From contig JBDRPD010000035.1 in assembly GCA_043827405.1 (NCBI GenBank), positions 1 to 46,660 of the forward strand: a stretch of DNA of 46,660 nucleotides, read 5' to 3'. The number at the start of each line of letters is the position of its first letter. Within the stretch, counting starts at the first letter, position 1. This stretch comes from Elusimicrobiota bacterium. Its GTDB lineage: Bacteria; Elusimicrobiota; Elusimicrobia; UBA1565. The notes beneath the pieces are model-generated. The model worked only from the letters and a program-made list of their open reading frames with translations. It was not told where the DNA came from and did not search any database. The position numbers and the translations under genes were made by a program. Below, piece after piece: positions 10,005 to 19,620 of the stretch.

Positions 10005-11420
10005 ATGAAAAAGCTAAACGCTCTCCTCGTCTCCATCCTGATTTTCGGTGCGTCGGCGGCGCAGGCCGCGGGCGGCCATAACGCTTTTATCAAGAGCCTC
10101 GGCGATATCCGCTCCAGCGTGCAGGTAAACCCCGCCGGGGGACAGGGCATGCGCTTCGTGCCGGCCGAGTTCCGCGACCCGGTCGAGAACCCCTTCCTGA
10201 AGAAACTCAACGAATCCCGCCGCAAGGTCTACCAGATGGCTCTGCCCGCGGTCCTGACCGTGCGCGCCGGCAGCTCCATGGGCTCGGGCTTCATCGTCGA
10301 TCCCAAGGGCCTCGTTTACACCAACTACCATGTGGTGGCCGGCGCCATCGACGACGTAACCGTTGAGATGCACGACGGCAAGACTTATCCGGCCAAGGTT
10401 TTGGCGGCCGGCCCCGGCCGCGACGTCGTCATTTTGCAGATCGAGGACGATTTTAAGGATTGGCCCGCCCTGCGCATGGGAGAGGCCGATACCCTGACGG
10501 AGGGGGATATCGTATTCGCGCTCGGCAATCCCGTGGGCCTCGGCCTCTCCTTCAGCCAAGGGACGGTGAGCCGTAAGCGGCAGGGCACGGTCAACTACTG
10601 GGTGGATTTCCTGCAGAGCGACATTCAAATCAGCCAGGGCAACTCCGGCGGCCCGCTCTTGAACCATGAGGGCCGCATTATGGGCATGAACACCGCCATA
10701 ACCGGCACCGGCGGCCGCATCGGCCTGGCGGTCCGGGCCGAGGACTTGAAGGCTTCGATGCAGGAGTATGCCAAAACCGGCAAGCTTTCCGACGGCTACG
10801 CCGACTTCGGGATGGTGGAAACCCAGGGTCCGGACATGGAGCCGACGGCGGCCGTCAACCGCATTGAGCCGGGCAGCGAAGCCGAGAAGGCGGGCCTCAA
10901 GGTCGGCGACGCCATCGTCTCCTACGACGGCACCCCGGTCCGCAAAGGAGTCAAGAACCAGTTCAAGATTTTCAGCCGCTTCGGGCGCAAGAGCCCGGGC
11001 GAGACCGTCACGTTCGAGGTTATGCGCGGCCGCAAGGTAAAGTTCCGTCTGGGCGCGGCCGGCGGCGGCGTCGACGCTTACCTGACGGGAAGCGAGGGCA
11101 TCGTTATTTTGGGCGAGGGCAACCGCCACCTGCTGGGGCCGATCATGCAGTTCGGCGCGCAGGCCGAGGTTGTGCTTGAGCCGGAGCCGGAAGCCGCCGC
11201 GCCCGCGGCGGAAGCCGCGCCGAAAGCAGCGGGAGGGGAAGCGGCAGCCGCCGCACCGGCCGCTCCGGCGGGAATCGCCCTTGAAGTGGTCACCATCGCG
11301 CAGGACGGCTCATTCGCCGCCTTCCGCATCGCCGACCCGAACAAGCGGGAAGCGGCCGCGGAGACCACGGAATACATCAAGGTAGCGGTCGAAGAGTTCG
11401 CGCCCGCGAAGGCCGAATAG
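10005..11420 (+). CDS. HtrA/DegP-like trypsin serine protease with PDZ domain and signal peptide
   Basis: GSGFIV, TNYHVV, RDVVIL, GNSGGPL catalytic triad. PDZ-like GSEAEKAGLKVGDAIVSYDG. Confidence 0.92.
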   Translation: MKKLNALLVSILIFGASAAQAAGGHNAFIKSLGDIRSSVQVNPAGGQGMRFVPAEFRDPVENPFLKKLNESRRKVYQMALPAVLTVRAGSSMGSGFIVDPKGLVYTNYHVVAGAIDDVTVEMHDGKTYPAKVLAAGPGRDVVILQIEDDFKDWPALRMGEADTLTEGDIVFALGNPVGLGLSFSQGTVSRKRQGTVNYWVDFLQSDIQISQGNSGGPLLNHEGRIMGMNTAITGTGGRIGLAVRAEDLKASMQEYAKTGKLSDGYADFGMVETQGPDMEPTAAVNRIEPGSEAEKAGLKVGDAIVSYDGTPVRKGVKNQFKIFSRFGRKSPGETVTFEVMRGRKVKFRLGAAGGGVDAYLTGSEGIVILGEGNRHLLGPIMQFGAQAEVVLEPEPEAAAPAAEAAPKAAGGEAAAAAPAAPAGIALEVVTIAQDGSFAAFRIADPNKREAAAETTEYIKVAVEEFAPAKAE

Positions 11421-11432
11421 CAAGTCCGGACC

Positions 11433-14201
11433 TTACTGCTTGCTCCCGAACATCATTATCCACTCGCCCTCGGCAAGCGCTCCGTAGGCGAACAGCAGCA
11501 TGTAGTCGTACTCGACGCCCGTCGCTTCCTTGAGCTGCGCCTTCTTGTCGGGAGTCAGCTTGACGATCGGCCCGCCGTGCTCGCCGAAGAGCGCGAGATC
11601 GCCGTCCTGGTCGCCCCACATCTCGCGCCGGTCCGCCACCTTGACGTCCTTGCCGGACCGGCCCGCGCCGTCCCACAGCTCCTGCGACTCGACCTTCCAT
11701 GAGCCGTCCTTGCCGACTTTCAGCGTCGCCTGCGGCATGCCGGGCTGCGGCACTCCGGCGATGGTATGGAAGCCCGTGCCTTTGAGCTCCTCGGCGGTCA
11801 CCCGGGCGAGTTCGGGATTAGCGGGCGCAGGATTTTCGGCCTCGACCGCCGGCTTCTCGCCCGGATTTTCCGGCGCCGCCTTAGTCTTGTCCTCGGCGAC
11901 GCCCTCCTTCTTGGCCTGCCGCGCGGCGGCCCGCTGCTGGCTGGCGACGACCTTGTTAACCTCGGTCCGATAGCCGGAGTAACCGTCCTTGATGTCGGCC
12001 TCGGTAATGGCGTAGCGCTTGTCGGGCTGGACGCCGAGGTTCTCGATCGGCTCGCCGTTGGCCCGGTAGGCGATGGTGTAGGTATAGGCGAGCTGGGCGA
12101 TGCCGAACTGGTTGGGGAACTGGATGCCCTTCACCGCGCCGCCGGCACCGGAAGTGCGCGTGCCGAACAGCTTGACCCTCCCGTTGTCCTGCAGGATGGC
12201 GGGGAAGAAGTCGCCGCAGGAGAAGTCCAGCTCGTTGATGAGCATGGTGATGGGCTTGGTGTAGCGCTGGGTCGGATGCGGGGCGATCTCATCGACGCCC
12301 ATCACCGAGAAGAGCTCGGTGAAGCGCTTGCCTTCCTTGAGCGACTTGACGATGAACTTGAAGTAGCTGACGAACTGCTTCCAGACCTTAAGCGTCACCG
12401 GGTAGCCGGCCAGGCTGGGCCCGAGCGCGCGCATGGCGTCCATGTCGGTGCGCACCATGGGATCGGCATTGATGATCTGGGCGGCCTGATAGGCCTCCTC
12501 CTCACCGGTCAGCATCCGCTGCATGGGGACCTTGAGCGGCTTGTCGGTAAGCCGCGACAGCAGCGCGTACATGTAGAACAGGTTGCCGCCGGGGTTGTTT
12601 ACCTGGTCGATCACCAAAGACTCCGTCTCCTGCTCGAACTTCTGCATGATCTGGCCGAACAGCTCCGCGGCCTGCTCATTCTGCATATAGTCGGAGATCC
12701 GGATATAGCCGACCTTCTTGCCTTCCTCGTTCTTGTAAATATAGGAGTGGAAAGGCCCCTGCGCCGGCCCCCGCCAGACGACCTCACCGAGGTCGGGAAC
12801 GAAGCTCTTGCGTCCGCCGATGGCGCGCGGGTTGTCGGCCGACTTCTCGTCGGCTTTCGACAGTAAGGCCGCCAGCGGATTGAGCGCCAAGGGGATCAAG
12901 GACTTGAGCGCCTCTTGAATGCGGGCGAAAACGCCGAGCTCGGGCTGCAGCGCCGGCATGGAGTCGATACCGCCGCCCTCGCCCCAGTTCTCGATCAGAT
13001 TGGCGCCGTCGCGGACCGGCACGTCCTCCGGCACCATCTCCGGCGCATACTGCCATTGCAGCGTAACCGTCTTGAGCTGCCCCTGGCTGAGGACCTTGAG
13101 CTGAATCGGCCCCTGCGGCACATTGTCGCCGGACTGGCGGATGCGGCGGGTCAGGAACATCTCGGCCATCGCCGTGTCGGAAAGCTGGCTCTTTGGCCCC
13201 TTGGCGCGGCGGATCTCGGCGACCACCTCCGCTACGGGCCGGCCGCCGAACTCCACGACCTGGTCGCCGACCTCGAATGGAAAGGCCTTTTTCGACAGCA
13301 CACGCCGGTCGATATCGACGATGAGATGCTTGCCGCCGATGCCGGCGATGTCGAGCGGCAGCTTGGCCATCTCGGTCGAGTAGAACTGAATGCTGACATG
13401 GTGATCGCGCACTGAGTTAGTGAAGCGCGCGAGAATGTTCTGATACTGGCGGGTGGTAATATGCGTCGCCTTATTGATGTCCTGCTTGGCCTTATCCAGC
13501 TCTTTCTTGAGCTCCAGGCCGAACTTCTCCCGCTTCCAGTCCAGCGGAGCGTAATGCTCAGAGAAGATGGTCGCCACATACTCCAGCGTCTGGATCATCT
13601 TGCGCTTGGTCAGGTTCTGATTGTCATGCGCGAACGGCACGAAGTCGTTGCCGGAAGACTTCTGATGCGTCAAGGAGCCGCCCGTCAGGAGCTGCATTAT
13701 GCGGCCGCCCAGGCCATGCGCGGCGCCCATGGAGGACTGCGCCAGCGGCCCGACCGACTTCACCGCCGCGCCGATCTCGCGGGAAATGCCTTGGGTCCTG
13801 ACGGCGACGCCCTGCCGGCCCTTGGTTTCGGCGGCGGACTTCGCGACCGTCTTGCTCTGCACTGCGGCCGCGGGAACCTGACGGACCGACGCGGAGGGGG
13901 ACACCGCGAGGTTCCGGTTCTGCGCCGACGGCAGGACGGGCGCGACGGAGGACAGGCTCGGCAGCACCGAAACTTTGCCGTTAAGCGACAGCGTGCTGCC
14001 GCCGGTCACGGCGAGGACGCCGTTGTTGGCGCCCAGGCTGAGCGGCACGGCGCGGACGCCGACATTCGCCTTAACGGCGCCGGATATCACCTGTCCGGCA
14101 TAAGCCGGGACGGAGCCCGATGTGATAAGAAAAAAGGAAACAGTACACGCCATAAACGCCTTCATGCGCGCGACCAATGCAGTATTCATAGCTTCCCCCA
14201 T
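11433..14201 (-). CDS. S41 family protease resembling chlamydial protease-like activity factor CPAF
   Basis: YAPLDWK, DHHVSIQF, IDQVNNPGG..FYMYALLS.LTDKPL, DFSCGDFFPAILQDN, GTRTSGAGG, PIENLGVQPD. Signal peptide and long Ser/Ala/Val-rich N-terminal extension. Start may be ATG 14189. Confidence 0.88.
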   Translation of the reverse strand: MGEAMNTALVARMKAFMACTVSFFLITSGSVPAYAGQVISGAVKANVGVRAVPLSLGANNGVLAVTGGSTLSLNGKVSVLPSLSSVAPVLPSAQNRNLAVSPSASVRQVPAAAVQSKTVAKSAAETKGRQGVAVRTQGISREIGAAVKSVGPLAQSSMGAAHGLGGRIMQLLTGGSLTHQKSSGNDFVPFAHDNQNLTKRKMIQTLEYVATIFSEHYAPLDWKREKFGLELKKELDKAKQDINKATHITTRQYQNILARFTNSVRDHHVSIQFYSTEMAKLPLDIAGIGGKHLIVDIDRRVLSKKAFPFEVGDQVVEFGGRPVAEVVAEIRRAKGPKSQLSDTAMAEMFLTRRIRQSGDNVPQGPIQLKVLSQGQLKTVTLQWQYAPEMVPEDVPVRDGANLIENWGEGGGIDSMPALQPELGVFARIQEALKSLIPLALNPLAALLSKADEKSADNPRAIGGRKSFVPDLGEVVWRGPAQGPFHSYIYKNEEGKKVGYIRISDYMQNEQAAELFGQIMQKFEQETESLVIDQVNNPGGNLFYMYALLSRLTDKPLKVPMQRMLTGEEEAYQAAQIINADPMVRTDMDAMRALGPSLAGYPVTLKVWKQFVSYFKFIVKSLKEGKRFTELFSVMGVDEIAPHPTQRYTKPITMLINELDFSCGDFFPAILQDNGRVKLFGTRTSGAGGAVKGIQFPNQFGIAQLAYTYTIAYRANGEPIENLGVQPDKRYAITEADIKDGYSGYRTEVNKVVASQQRAAARQAKKEGVAEDKTKAAPENPGEKPAVEAENPAPANPELARVTAEELKGTGFHTIAGVPQPGMPQATLKVGKDGSWKVESQELWDGAGRSGKDVKVADRREMWGDQDGDLALFGEHGGPIVKLTPDKKAQLKEATGVEYDYMLLFAYGALAEGEWIMMFGSKQ

Positions 14202-14311
14202 AGTTTGCGGCTGAACTTGATTTTAGTAATACCGCCGGGTTATACCGTGGTACTTAAGTCCCGCGCGGGGGCGGGAAATCGACCCACGGGAAAAAGCCTG
14301 AAGTGCCTACA

Positions 14312-14348
14312 AAAGCGGCGCCGCCCCCGGGATTGGCGGGGACGGCGT
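14312..14348 (-). terminator. Probable intrinsic terminator of the aminotransferase gene
   Basis: Minus strand reads CGCCGTCCCCG-ccaatcc-CGGGGGCGGCG then CCGCTTTT, about 25 nt after the stop. Confidence 0.5.
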
Positions 14349-14370
14349 TACGCAAGGCGATGCGTGCGCT

Positions 14371-15603
14371 TTAGACCGCGGCCTTGGCCTTGGACGTCAG
14401 GCGGTTCTTGATGCAGTCCGCCAGCCGTTTGATGCCCTCATCGATCTGCTCGACGGTCGGATACGAGAAGTTGAGACGCATCGTGTTCTGGCCGGTGCCG
14501 TCGCAGTGGAAGGCGCTGCCGATCACATAAGCCACCTTGCGCTCCACCGCCTCCGGGAACATCTCATCGGTGTCCACTTCCACGGGCAAAGTCACCCATA
14601 AGAACAGACCGCCCTGAGGCTTGACCCAGCGTACGCCGGCTTCCACCGGCATATACTTCTCGAGCGCCGCGTGCATGGCGTCGCGCTTGACGCGGTAGAG
14701 GTCCTTGATCTTGTCGATATGCGAATCCAGCAGGTCCCGCCGCAGGAACTCGGCGGCGATATACTGCGAGAAGCTCGACGTGCAGAGGTCCATGGACTGC
14801 TTGGCGATCGACAGCTTGCCGATGACCTCCTCGGGCGCCACGATCCAGCCCAGCCGCAGGCCGGGCGCGAAGATCTTCGAGAAGGTGCGCAGCGTGATGA
14901 CGCTGTGCGAGTCGTCGAGGTTGTGGAGGGCCGGCGGCTTCTCGCCCTCGAAGCGAAGCTCGCGATAAGGGGAGTCGTCGACCACGATAAGACTGTAACC
15001 CTTGGCCAGCCGCAGCAGCTCCTGGCGCCGTTCCGTGGTCCAGGTGACGCCCGAGGGATTCTGGAAGTCGGGGACGATATAGGCGAACTTGTAATGCTCG
15101 TCCGAGTCCCGCAGGACCTTCAGCTTCCGGTGCAGGTCGCTGACGATCATGCCGTAATCGTCGGAGTTCACGCCCACAAAGCGCGCGCCGTAGGCGGAGA
15201 AGGCCTGCAGGCCGCCGATATAAGTCGGCAGCTCCACCAGGATGGGATCGGTCGGATCGATAAACACCCGGCCCACGAGGTCCAGGGCCTGCTGCGAGGA
15301 GGCGGTCACCATGACGTTCTCAACGGAAACGTTGAAGTTTTTCCGCCGCATGAGCTTGACGATCTCTTCACGCAACTCCTGGATCCCCTCGGTGGGGGAA
15401 TACTGCAGGGCCGCCTTCGGGTTCTCCTTGAGAACTTGCTGGCTAATATCCGCGATCGCCTCGACGGGGAAGCTGTCGGGCGACGGCAGGCCGCCGGCGA
15501 AGGAGATGATTTCGGGGTTCTGCGTGAGCTTGAGAAGTTCGCGGATAGCGCTGCCTTTGATGCGGCGCGATGTGATGGAATAGTTCTTGACGAAGTCGAT
15601 CAT
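14371..15603 (-). CDS. PLP-dependent class I aminotransferase (LysN/ARO8-like)
   Basis: ISFAGGLP, FQNPSG, DDSPY, TFSKIFAPGLRLGW (PLP lysine); GGAG RBS upstream. Confidence 0.93.
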   Translation of the reverse strand: MIDFVKNYSITSRRIKGSAIRELLKLTQNPEIISFAGGLPSPDSFPVEAIADISQQVLKENPKAALQYSPTEGIQELREEIVKLMRRKNFNVSVENVMVTASSQQALDLVGRVFIDPTDPILVELPTYIGGLQAFSAYGARFVGVNSDDYGMIVSDLHRKLKVLRDSDEHYKFAYIVPDFQNPSGVTWTTERRQELLRLAKGYSLIVVDDSPYRELRFEGEKPPALHNLDDSHSVITLRTFSKIFAPGLRLGWIVAPEEVIGKLSIAKQSMDLCTSSFSQYIAAEFLRRDLLDSHIDKIKDLYRVKRDAMHAALEKYMPVEAGVRWVKPQGGLFLWVTLPVEVDTDEMFPEAVERKVAYVIGSAFHCDGTGQNTMRLNFSYPTVEQIDEGIKRLADCIKNRLTSKAKAAV

Positions 15604-15669
15604 GGGTGACTCCCTCCGCCTGATGATTGGCTCGATCCGACCTGCCCTAAGATAGCTTATTTCGCGATC

Positions 15670-16566
15670 TTAATTAAAGGGTGAAGCGGCCGCTTCCAGG
15701 CCCAAAAGCTGCGCCGCGGCGGGCCCGAAATCCTTGAGCGGAACGCCTGGAGGCATCCGGCGCACCAACGGGAAGTCCTTGAGCTTGCCGGGGGGCGGCT
15801 CCTCGGAGCAGAAAGGATGTATCCCCCGCGACTGCGCGAACTCCCCGGTCCGGTGATTGAAGACATGCGAGCTCACCCACTTAAAGCAGACCAGAGCGCC
15901 GGGGAGCGGCACCGCCTCCGGCGCGGCGTACTTAGGCACGTCCTCCGTCCGGTAAACGCAGGTCTCGAACTCCAGCGAGAGATTCTTTACTCCTCCGCCC
16001 TCCCCGACGAAAGCGGTCCCGGGATAATCCAAAACGTAGAGCTCCGGCGACGGCGGCTTCTCGCGGCCGTAAAACTCACGGGTCTGCCGCTGGATCGAAC
16101 CGGGCACCCGGTTCCACTGGTAGGCGAAATGCCGGGGCAAATCGTCGTAGCTGTTGTAAAAGGGATCCTTGTCCACGGTGTCAAAAACCTGAACTGCATG
16201 GCGGAAGGGGATCACCTCGCCATAGAACTCCCGGTTATAGGCAAAAGCATAGCGCACTTCCCCGGCTTGTTCGTAGGAGTCGAATACGCAGCCGCGGATT
16301 GTCTGCACAAAGCCGTACTTCTCCAGCGCCGCGATATCCTGCGTCCGGTAATGGGCCGAAAAGCCGGTGCCGTAGCTATAGGTTCCGTGAACCAGCACCT
16401 TGTATTGCTTGGCGCGAAATCGCACTTCCTGCAGATCACAGGTATCCGTCTTCCGGCAGTCCGCATTGGTCCAGGTCTCTTCCTTGACGGATAGCGTCAC
16501 CGCTTCGCCGGCATAAGCGTTCGCGGTGAGCAGCAGGGTTGCGCACAGGATGCCGAGGCCTCGCAT
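15670..16566 (-). CDS. Exported hypothetical protein
   Basis: Signal peptide MRGLGILCATLLLTANAYA starts at ATG 16566 rather than the track start 16656. No family recognised. Confidence 0.75.
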   Translation of the reverse strand: MRGLGILCATLLLTANAYAGEAVTLSVKEETWTNADCRKTDTCDLQEVRFRAKQYKVLVHGTYSYGTGFSAHYRTQDIAALEKYGFVQTIRGCVFDSYEQAGEVRYAFAYNREFYGEVIPFRHAVQVFDTVDKDPFYNSYDDLPRHFAYQWNRVPGSIQRQTREFYGREKPPSPELYVLDYPGTAFVGEGGGVKNLSLEFETCVYRTEDVPKYAAPEAVPLPGALVCFKWVSSHVFNHRTGEFAQSRGIHPFCSEEPPPGKLKDFPLVRRMPPGVPLKDFGPAAAQLLGLEAAASPFN

Positions 16567-16662
16567 ATCCGTATATTGTGCATGCAAACGCGTGCATATA
16601 TGGGGACCAAACGCCCCGAAACGGCTGAGGTATTGGGCCCAGCACAATTTAGGCAAGTTAGC

Positions 16663-16678
16663 CCCGCCTTACGGCGGG
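16663..16678 (-). terminator. GC hairpin downstream of the putative immunity gene
   Basis: CCCGCC-loop-GGCGGG; the loop reads GTAA (GNRA) on the minus strand. U-tract is weak. Confidence 0.35.
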
Positions 16679-16730
16679 ACCAGCTGCCTCGATGACCCGA
16701 GCACCGAGGCTGCGCATTCCCGATAGGCAG

Positions 16731-17006
16731 CTAGGGCGACTGCAGGGGGGCGAGGATTTTGCGCAGCCAGTCGCGGGCCTTGTCATCGGATCCTTCGCAC
16801 CAGCGGTTGGCGGCGTTCTCCGCCAAATCGAGAGCACCCGGGTATCCCTTAACGACTGCGGTCTCAAGCTGCCGCTTGATGCGCAGCGCAAGCTCCGGGT
16901 CGCTCATAAGTTCTTCAAGAAAATCCAGCAGCCCTTCGTCATCGGTTTGATCCGCGAAATGAACTTCCAGCCGACGGCGGAGCTCTGCACAGCTATCAGC
17001 GGACAT
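16731..17006 (-). CDS. Putative immunity protein (CdiI_2-like, small acidic helical protein)
   Basis: 91 aa, 12 bp downstream of the toxin-like gene. Pattern L..HF.DQ...LEE...L..I..QLE...ARDWL.KI..L recalls immunity proteins of RNase-A-fold CDI toxins. Confidence 0.6.
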   Translation of the reverse strand: MSADSCAELRRRLEVHFADQTDDEGLLDFLEELMSDPELALRIKRQLETAVVKGYPGALDLAENAANRWCEGSDDKARDWLRKILAPLQSP

Positions 17007-17018
17007 GGCGAGAGGGGA

Positions 17019-17678
17019 CTAGCGACCCTGCGGATACATCGTATAGATGCCGACTTTTCCGGACTTCGAACGGACGACGACGGTGACTTCCTTTATGCCG
17101 TTGACGCGCTCATAACCGCTGCTGGTCTTTTTGAGGCCGTAGCCCACGCCATCCGGCATAAAGAACTGGAGACTGATGCCTTGCAGCTTGCCGGCGAGCA
17201 TTTTCGCCACTTCGCCCGAGAAGCGCTGATCGGATGACACCTTTTTCTCCACCGCGCGCCAAACCTCGCGCGACGTGCGGTACATGTTGGGGTAGGTATC
17301 GAACTTGGTGGCCACCCGGATGCCGCGCCCGCGCAGATAGTCGTCGCTGACATCCGGGCTATGCCGCTGCAGCACATGCCCGAAGCCCTGCAGCGCACTG
17401 AGGATTTCGTCGTCGGAGGCCTTGTCCGGGTCGAAGTTGCGCTTGCCGCGCAGCTCCGCGATAATGCTGTCGGAGGACGCCTTCTGAAACTGGACTTTGG
17501 ACTCCGCGGCCATGCCGGCGGAACGAGAGCCGAGCGGAGCGCCGGCGGTAAAGGACTGCTGAATGCCGTGATAAGATTCAACGAGAGCCGGCTGCTCAGC
17601 GGAATACGCAGGAGCGCGCAGCAGCAGAAAAGCCGCAGCGGCGAGAAAGGCTAGAGGGGCCAACAGCCTTTTTTTCAT
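17019..17678 (-). CDS. Signal-peptide-bearing RNase A-like (CdiA-CT, RNAse_A_bac-type) toxin domain protein
   Basis: Sec signal MKKRLL...APAYSA; GHVLQRH-x4-SDDYLRGR, ATKF, VGYG, VTVVVR, C-terminal IYTMYP. Confidence 0.7.
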   Translation of the reverse strand: MKKRLLAPLAFLAAAAFLLLRAPAYSAEQPALVESYHGIQQSFTAGAPLGSRSAGMAAESKVQFQKASSDSIIAELRGKRNFDPDKASDDEILSALQGFGHVLQRHSPDVSDDYLRGRGIRVATKFDTYPNMYRTSREVWRAVEKKVSSDQRFSGEVAKMLAGKLQGISLQFFMPDGVGYGLKKTSSGYERVNGIKEVTVVVRSKSGKVGIYTMYPQGR

Positions 17679-17696
17679 GCGGGGCCTATCTCCATG

Positions 17697-17725
17697 AGTA
17701 TAGCCCTGGCCGCGTAATTGTGCAA
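17697..17725 (-). promoter_or_regulatory. Near-consensus sigma70 promoter for the toxin-immunity pair
   Basis: Minus strand TTGCAC (17725-17720), 17-bp spacer, TATACT (17702-17697), then GGAG before ATG 17678. Confidence 0.75.
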
Positions 17726-17732
17726 TAGGAAT

Positions 17733-18587
17733 TTAGAAAGGATCGAGATCGGACCAGTCGTCGTCCTCGCCGCGCTCGACCGGCAGCGAGCCGGGTACCG
17801 CCGCCGGCTTCCACGAATCATCCGCGTCCTCGACCAGCGGAAGCCAAAGGCTCCGCGCCGGATTAAACAGAAAACGTGAAGCCGCCGCCGAGGACTTCAG
17901 CACCCCGACCCGCTGCTCCTCGCCGATGCTGTCTTCTTCCCATGTCATGCCATCCTCTTCGCCGCCGATACGCACCTGCAGCGAGACATCCTGCAAGCCG
18001 CCGCTGTACGCGGTAGCATAGTCGCGGACGCTGGTCGGCTCCCGGTTATCCCACGACTGAAACTCCGTCGCCGACAGGTCCGCCGCGCCGCCGCGCGGCA
18101 GGATCAGTCGGGTCCAGTAGGCCGTAGTGGCGGCGTCCAGGTGCTCCTGATACAAAACCCGCACGGAAGCGGTGCTGACGGGCGGGAACTCGGCGATCAT
18201 GGTGCGCTCCACCATCCCCTCGTCGTCGGCGGAAACCTCGGAACCGTAGTCGCGCAGCATGAACTTAGTGGTGCAGAAGCCTTCGATGGTGCGCACCGTA
18301 TAACCCTTAACCGTCTTCTCCGCAAAGCGATGCTGCAGCGTCTCGTATTCCAGATTCTGCTCGGCAACCCGCGCCTGCAGTGAGACGACCAGGCTCTGCG
18401 CCGCTTGGGCGAACGACAGCGCACGCGTTGTCGCCGAGTCAGGCCGCACCTCCGCGACGCCGACGCCGACGAGGTAGCCGCCCGGATCGGCAAGACCGGC
18501 ATAGGGGGCGGTCGTCCAATCCGGAAGCGCCGCCCACACCCCCGCCGGACACAGCGCCGCCGCCAGTAACGCTCCTGCGCACCTCAT
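17733..18587 (-). CDS. Exported hypothetical protein, N-terminal part LPP20-like
   Basis: Signal peptide, then PDW....YLVGVG.A....AL..A.A..L pattern. ATGA overlap with the upstream reductase. Confidence 0.65.
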   Translation of the reverse strand: MRCAGALLAAALCPAGVWAALPDWTTAPYAGLADPGGYLVGVGVAEVRPDSATTRALSFAQAAQSLVVSLQARVAEQNLEYETLQHRFAEKTVKGYTVRTIEGFCTTKFMLRDYGSEVSADDEGMVERTMIAEFPPVSTASVRVLYQEHLDAATTAYWTRLILPRGGAADLSATEFQSWDNREPTSVRDYATAYSGGLQDVSLQVRIGGEEDGMTWEEDSIGEEQRVGVLKSSAAASRFLFNPARSLWLPLVEDADDSWKPAAVPGSLPVERGEDDDWSDLDPF

Positions 18588-19540
18588 TTTGCGGCCTCTT
18601 CGGCCGCGATGCGCACCGCCTCATCGACCACTCCCCGCGGCGCTCGATTCTCCAGCGCCTCGAGCGCCGTCGCCAGCTGCTCAGGGCTCTTGACGCCGCA
18701 GATGGCGGTCGAGGCTTCCGGATGCGCGAAGACAAAGCCGAAAGCCAGGCGCCGGCCGTCCAGACCGCGATCCCTAAGGAGAGGGGCTATGCGGTCCATC
18801 GCCCGCAGCTTCGCCTCACCCGCCTGCCAACGGCCCCAGTCCACCTGACGAAAATCGTTGTGCTCGAACTTCCGCTCGCGCGTGACCCGGCCGGTGAGTA
18901 TGCCCTTGTCGAACGTCCCCCAGGACATATAGCCCATCTCCTCGCTCTTCAGGAACGGCAAGAGCTCATCGCGCGCCTGGGTGTGAAAGATATTGAATTC
19001 GGTCTGGACGACGTCGACGCGTTCGATCTCGGCGGCCTTGCGGATTTCCGCCGGGTCGTAGAAGTTCGAGAGGCCGATGGCCCGGATTTTACCGTCCTTC
19101 CTGGCTTGCGCGAGGACCTCCATGGTCCGGCGCACGTCGACCTTCTTATCGGGCCAGTGGATGAGGTAGAGATCTATATAATCGGTCGCCAGGTCCCGCA
19201 GGGACTGCTCCAGCATGCGCCGGACGACCGCGGGATCATTGTCGATGCGGGGGGTTTTGTCTTGGTCCCAATCCACTCCGCACTTGGAAACAATAAAAAC
19301 CCGGTCGCGCATCCCGGCAAAAGCCTTGCCGATACGCCGCTCCGACATGCCGTAGCCGTAGATGGGCGCGGTGTCGAAAAGGTTGATGCCCGCATCGTAG
19401 GCCGCGCGCAGCAGCCCGGCCGCGGCCTTCTCGTCGATGGCGCCGAAGCCGTAGCCGCCGCCCTCGCCGCTGACGGCGCCGCCGCCGAAAGATATCCGGG
19501 AGACCTTGAAATCCAGCTTTCCGAAGGGGACTGTTTCCAT
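18584..19540 (-). CDS. Aldo/keto reductase
   Basis: GINLFDTAPIYGYGMSE, SKCG, SLRDLATDYIDLYLIHWP, GKIRAIGLSN. Confidence 0.95.
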   Translation of the reverse strand: METVPFGKLDFKVSRISFGGGAVSGEGGGYGFGAIDEKAAAGLLRAAYDAGINLFDTAPIYGYGMSERRIGKAFAGMRDRVFIVSKCGVDWDQDKTPRIDNDPAVVRRMLEQSLRDLATDYIDLYLIHWPDKKVDVRRTMEVLAQARKDGKIRAIGLSNFYDPAEIRKAAEIERVDVVQTEFNIFHTQARDELLPFLKSEEMGYMSWGTFDKGILTGRVTRERKFEHNDFRQVDWGRWQAGEAKLRAMDRIAPLLRDRGLDGRRLAFGFVFAHPEASTAICGVKSPEQLATALEALENRAPRGVVDEAVRIAAEEAAK

Positions 19541-19591
19541 CGAGCACCTCTTATGTGAGATCTATGGTAACAAGAAACAGCCGCTGCAGAT

Positions 19592-19604
19592 AAGGTGCCA
19601 GGCA
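19592..19604. repeat. REP-like motif AAGGTGCCAGGCA
   Basis: Intergenic; exact reverse complement of 23322-23334. Confidence 0.4.
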
Positions 19605-19620
19605 GGTTTACTGAAGGGGA

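Noticed and set aside
16692..17237. 181-aa plus-strand ORF over the toxin-immunity pair
   Set aside because: No promoter, RBS or motif; the minus-strand genes have a promoter, signal peptide and family motifs.
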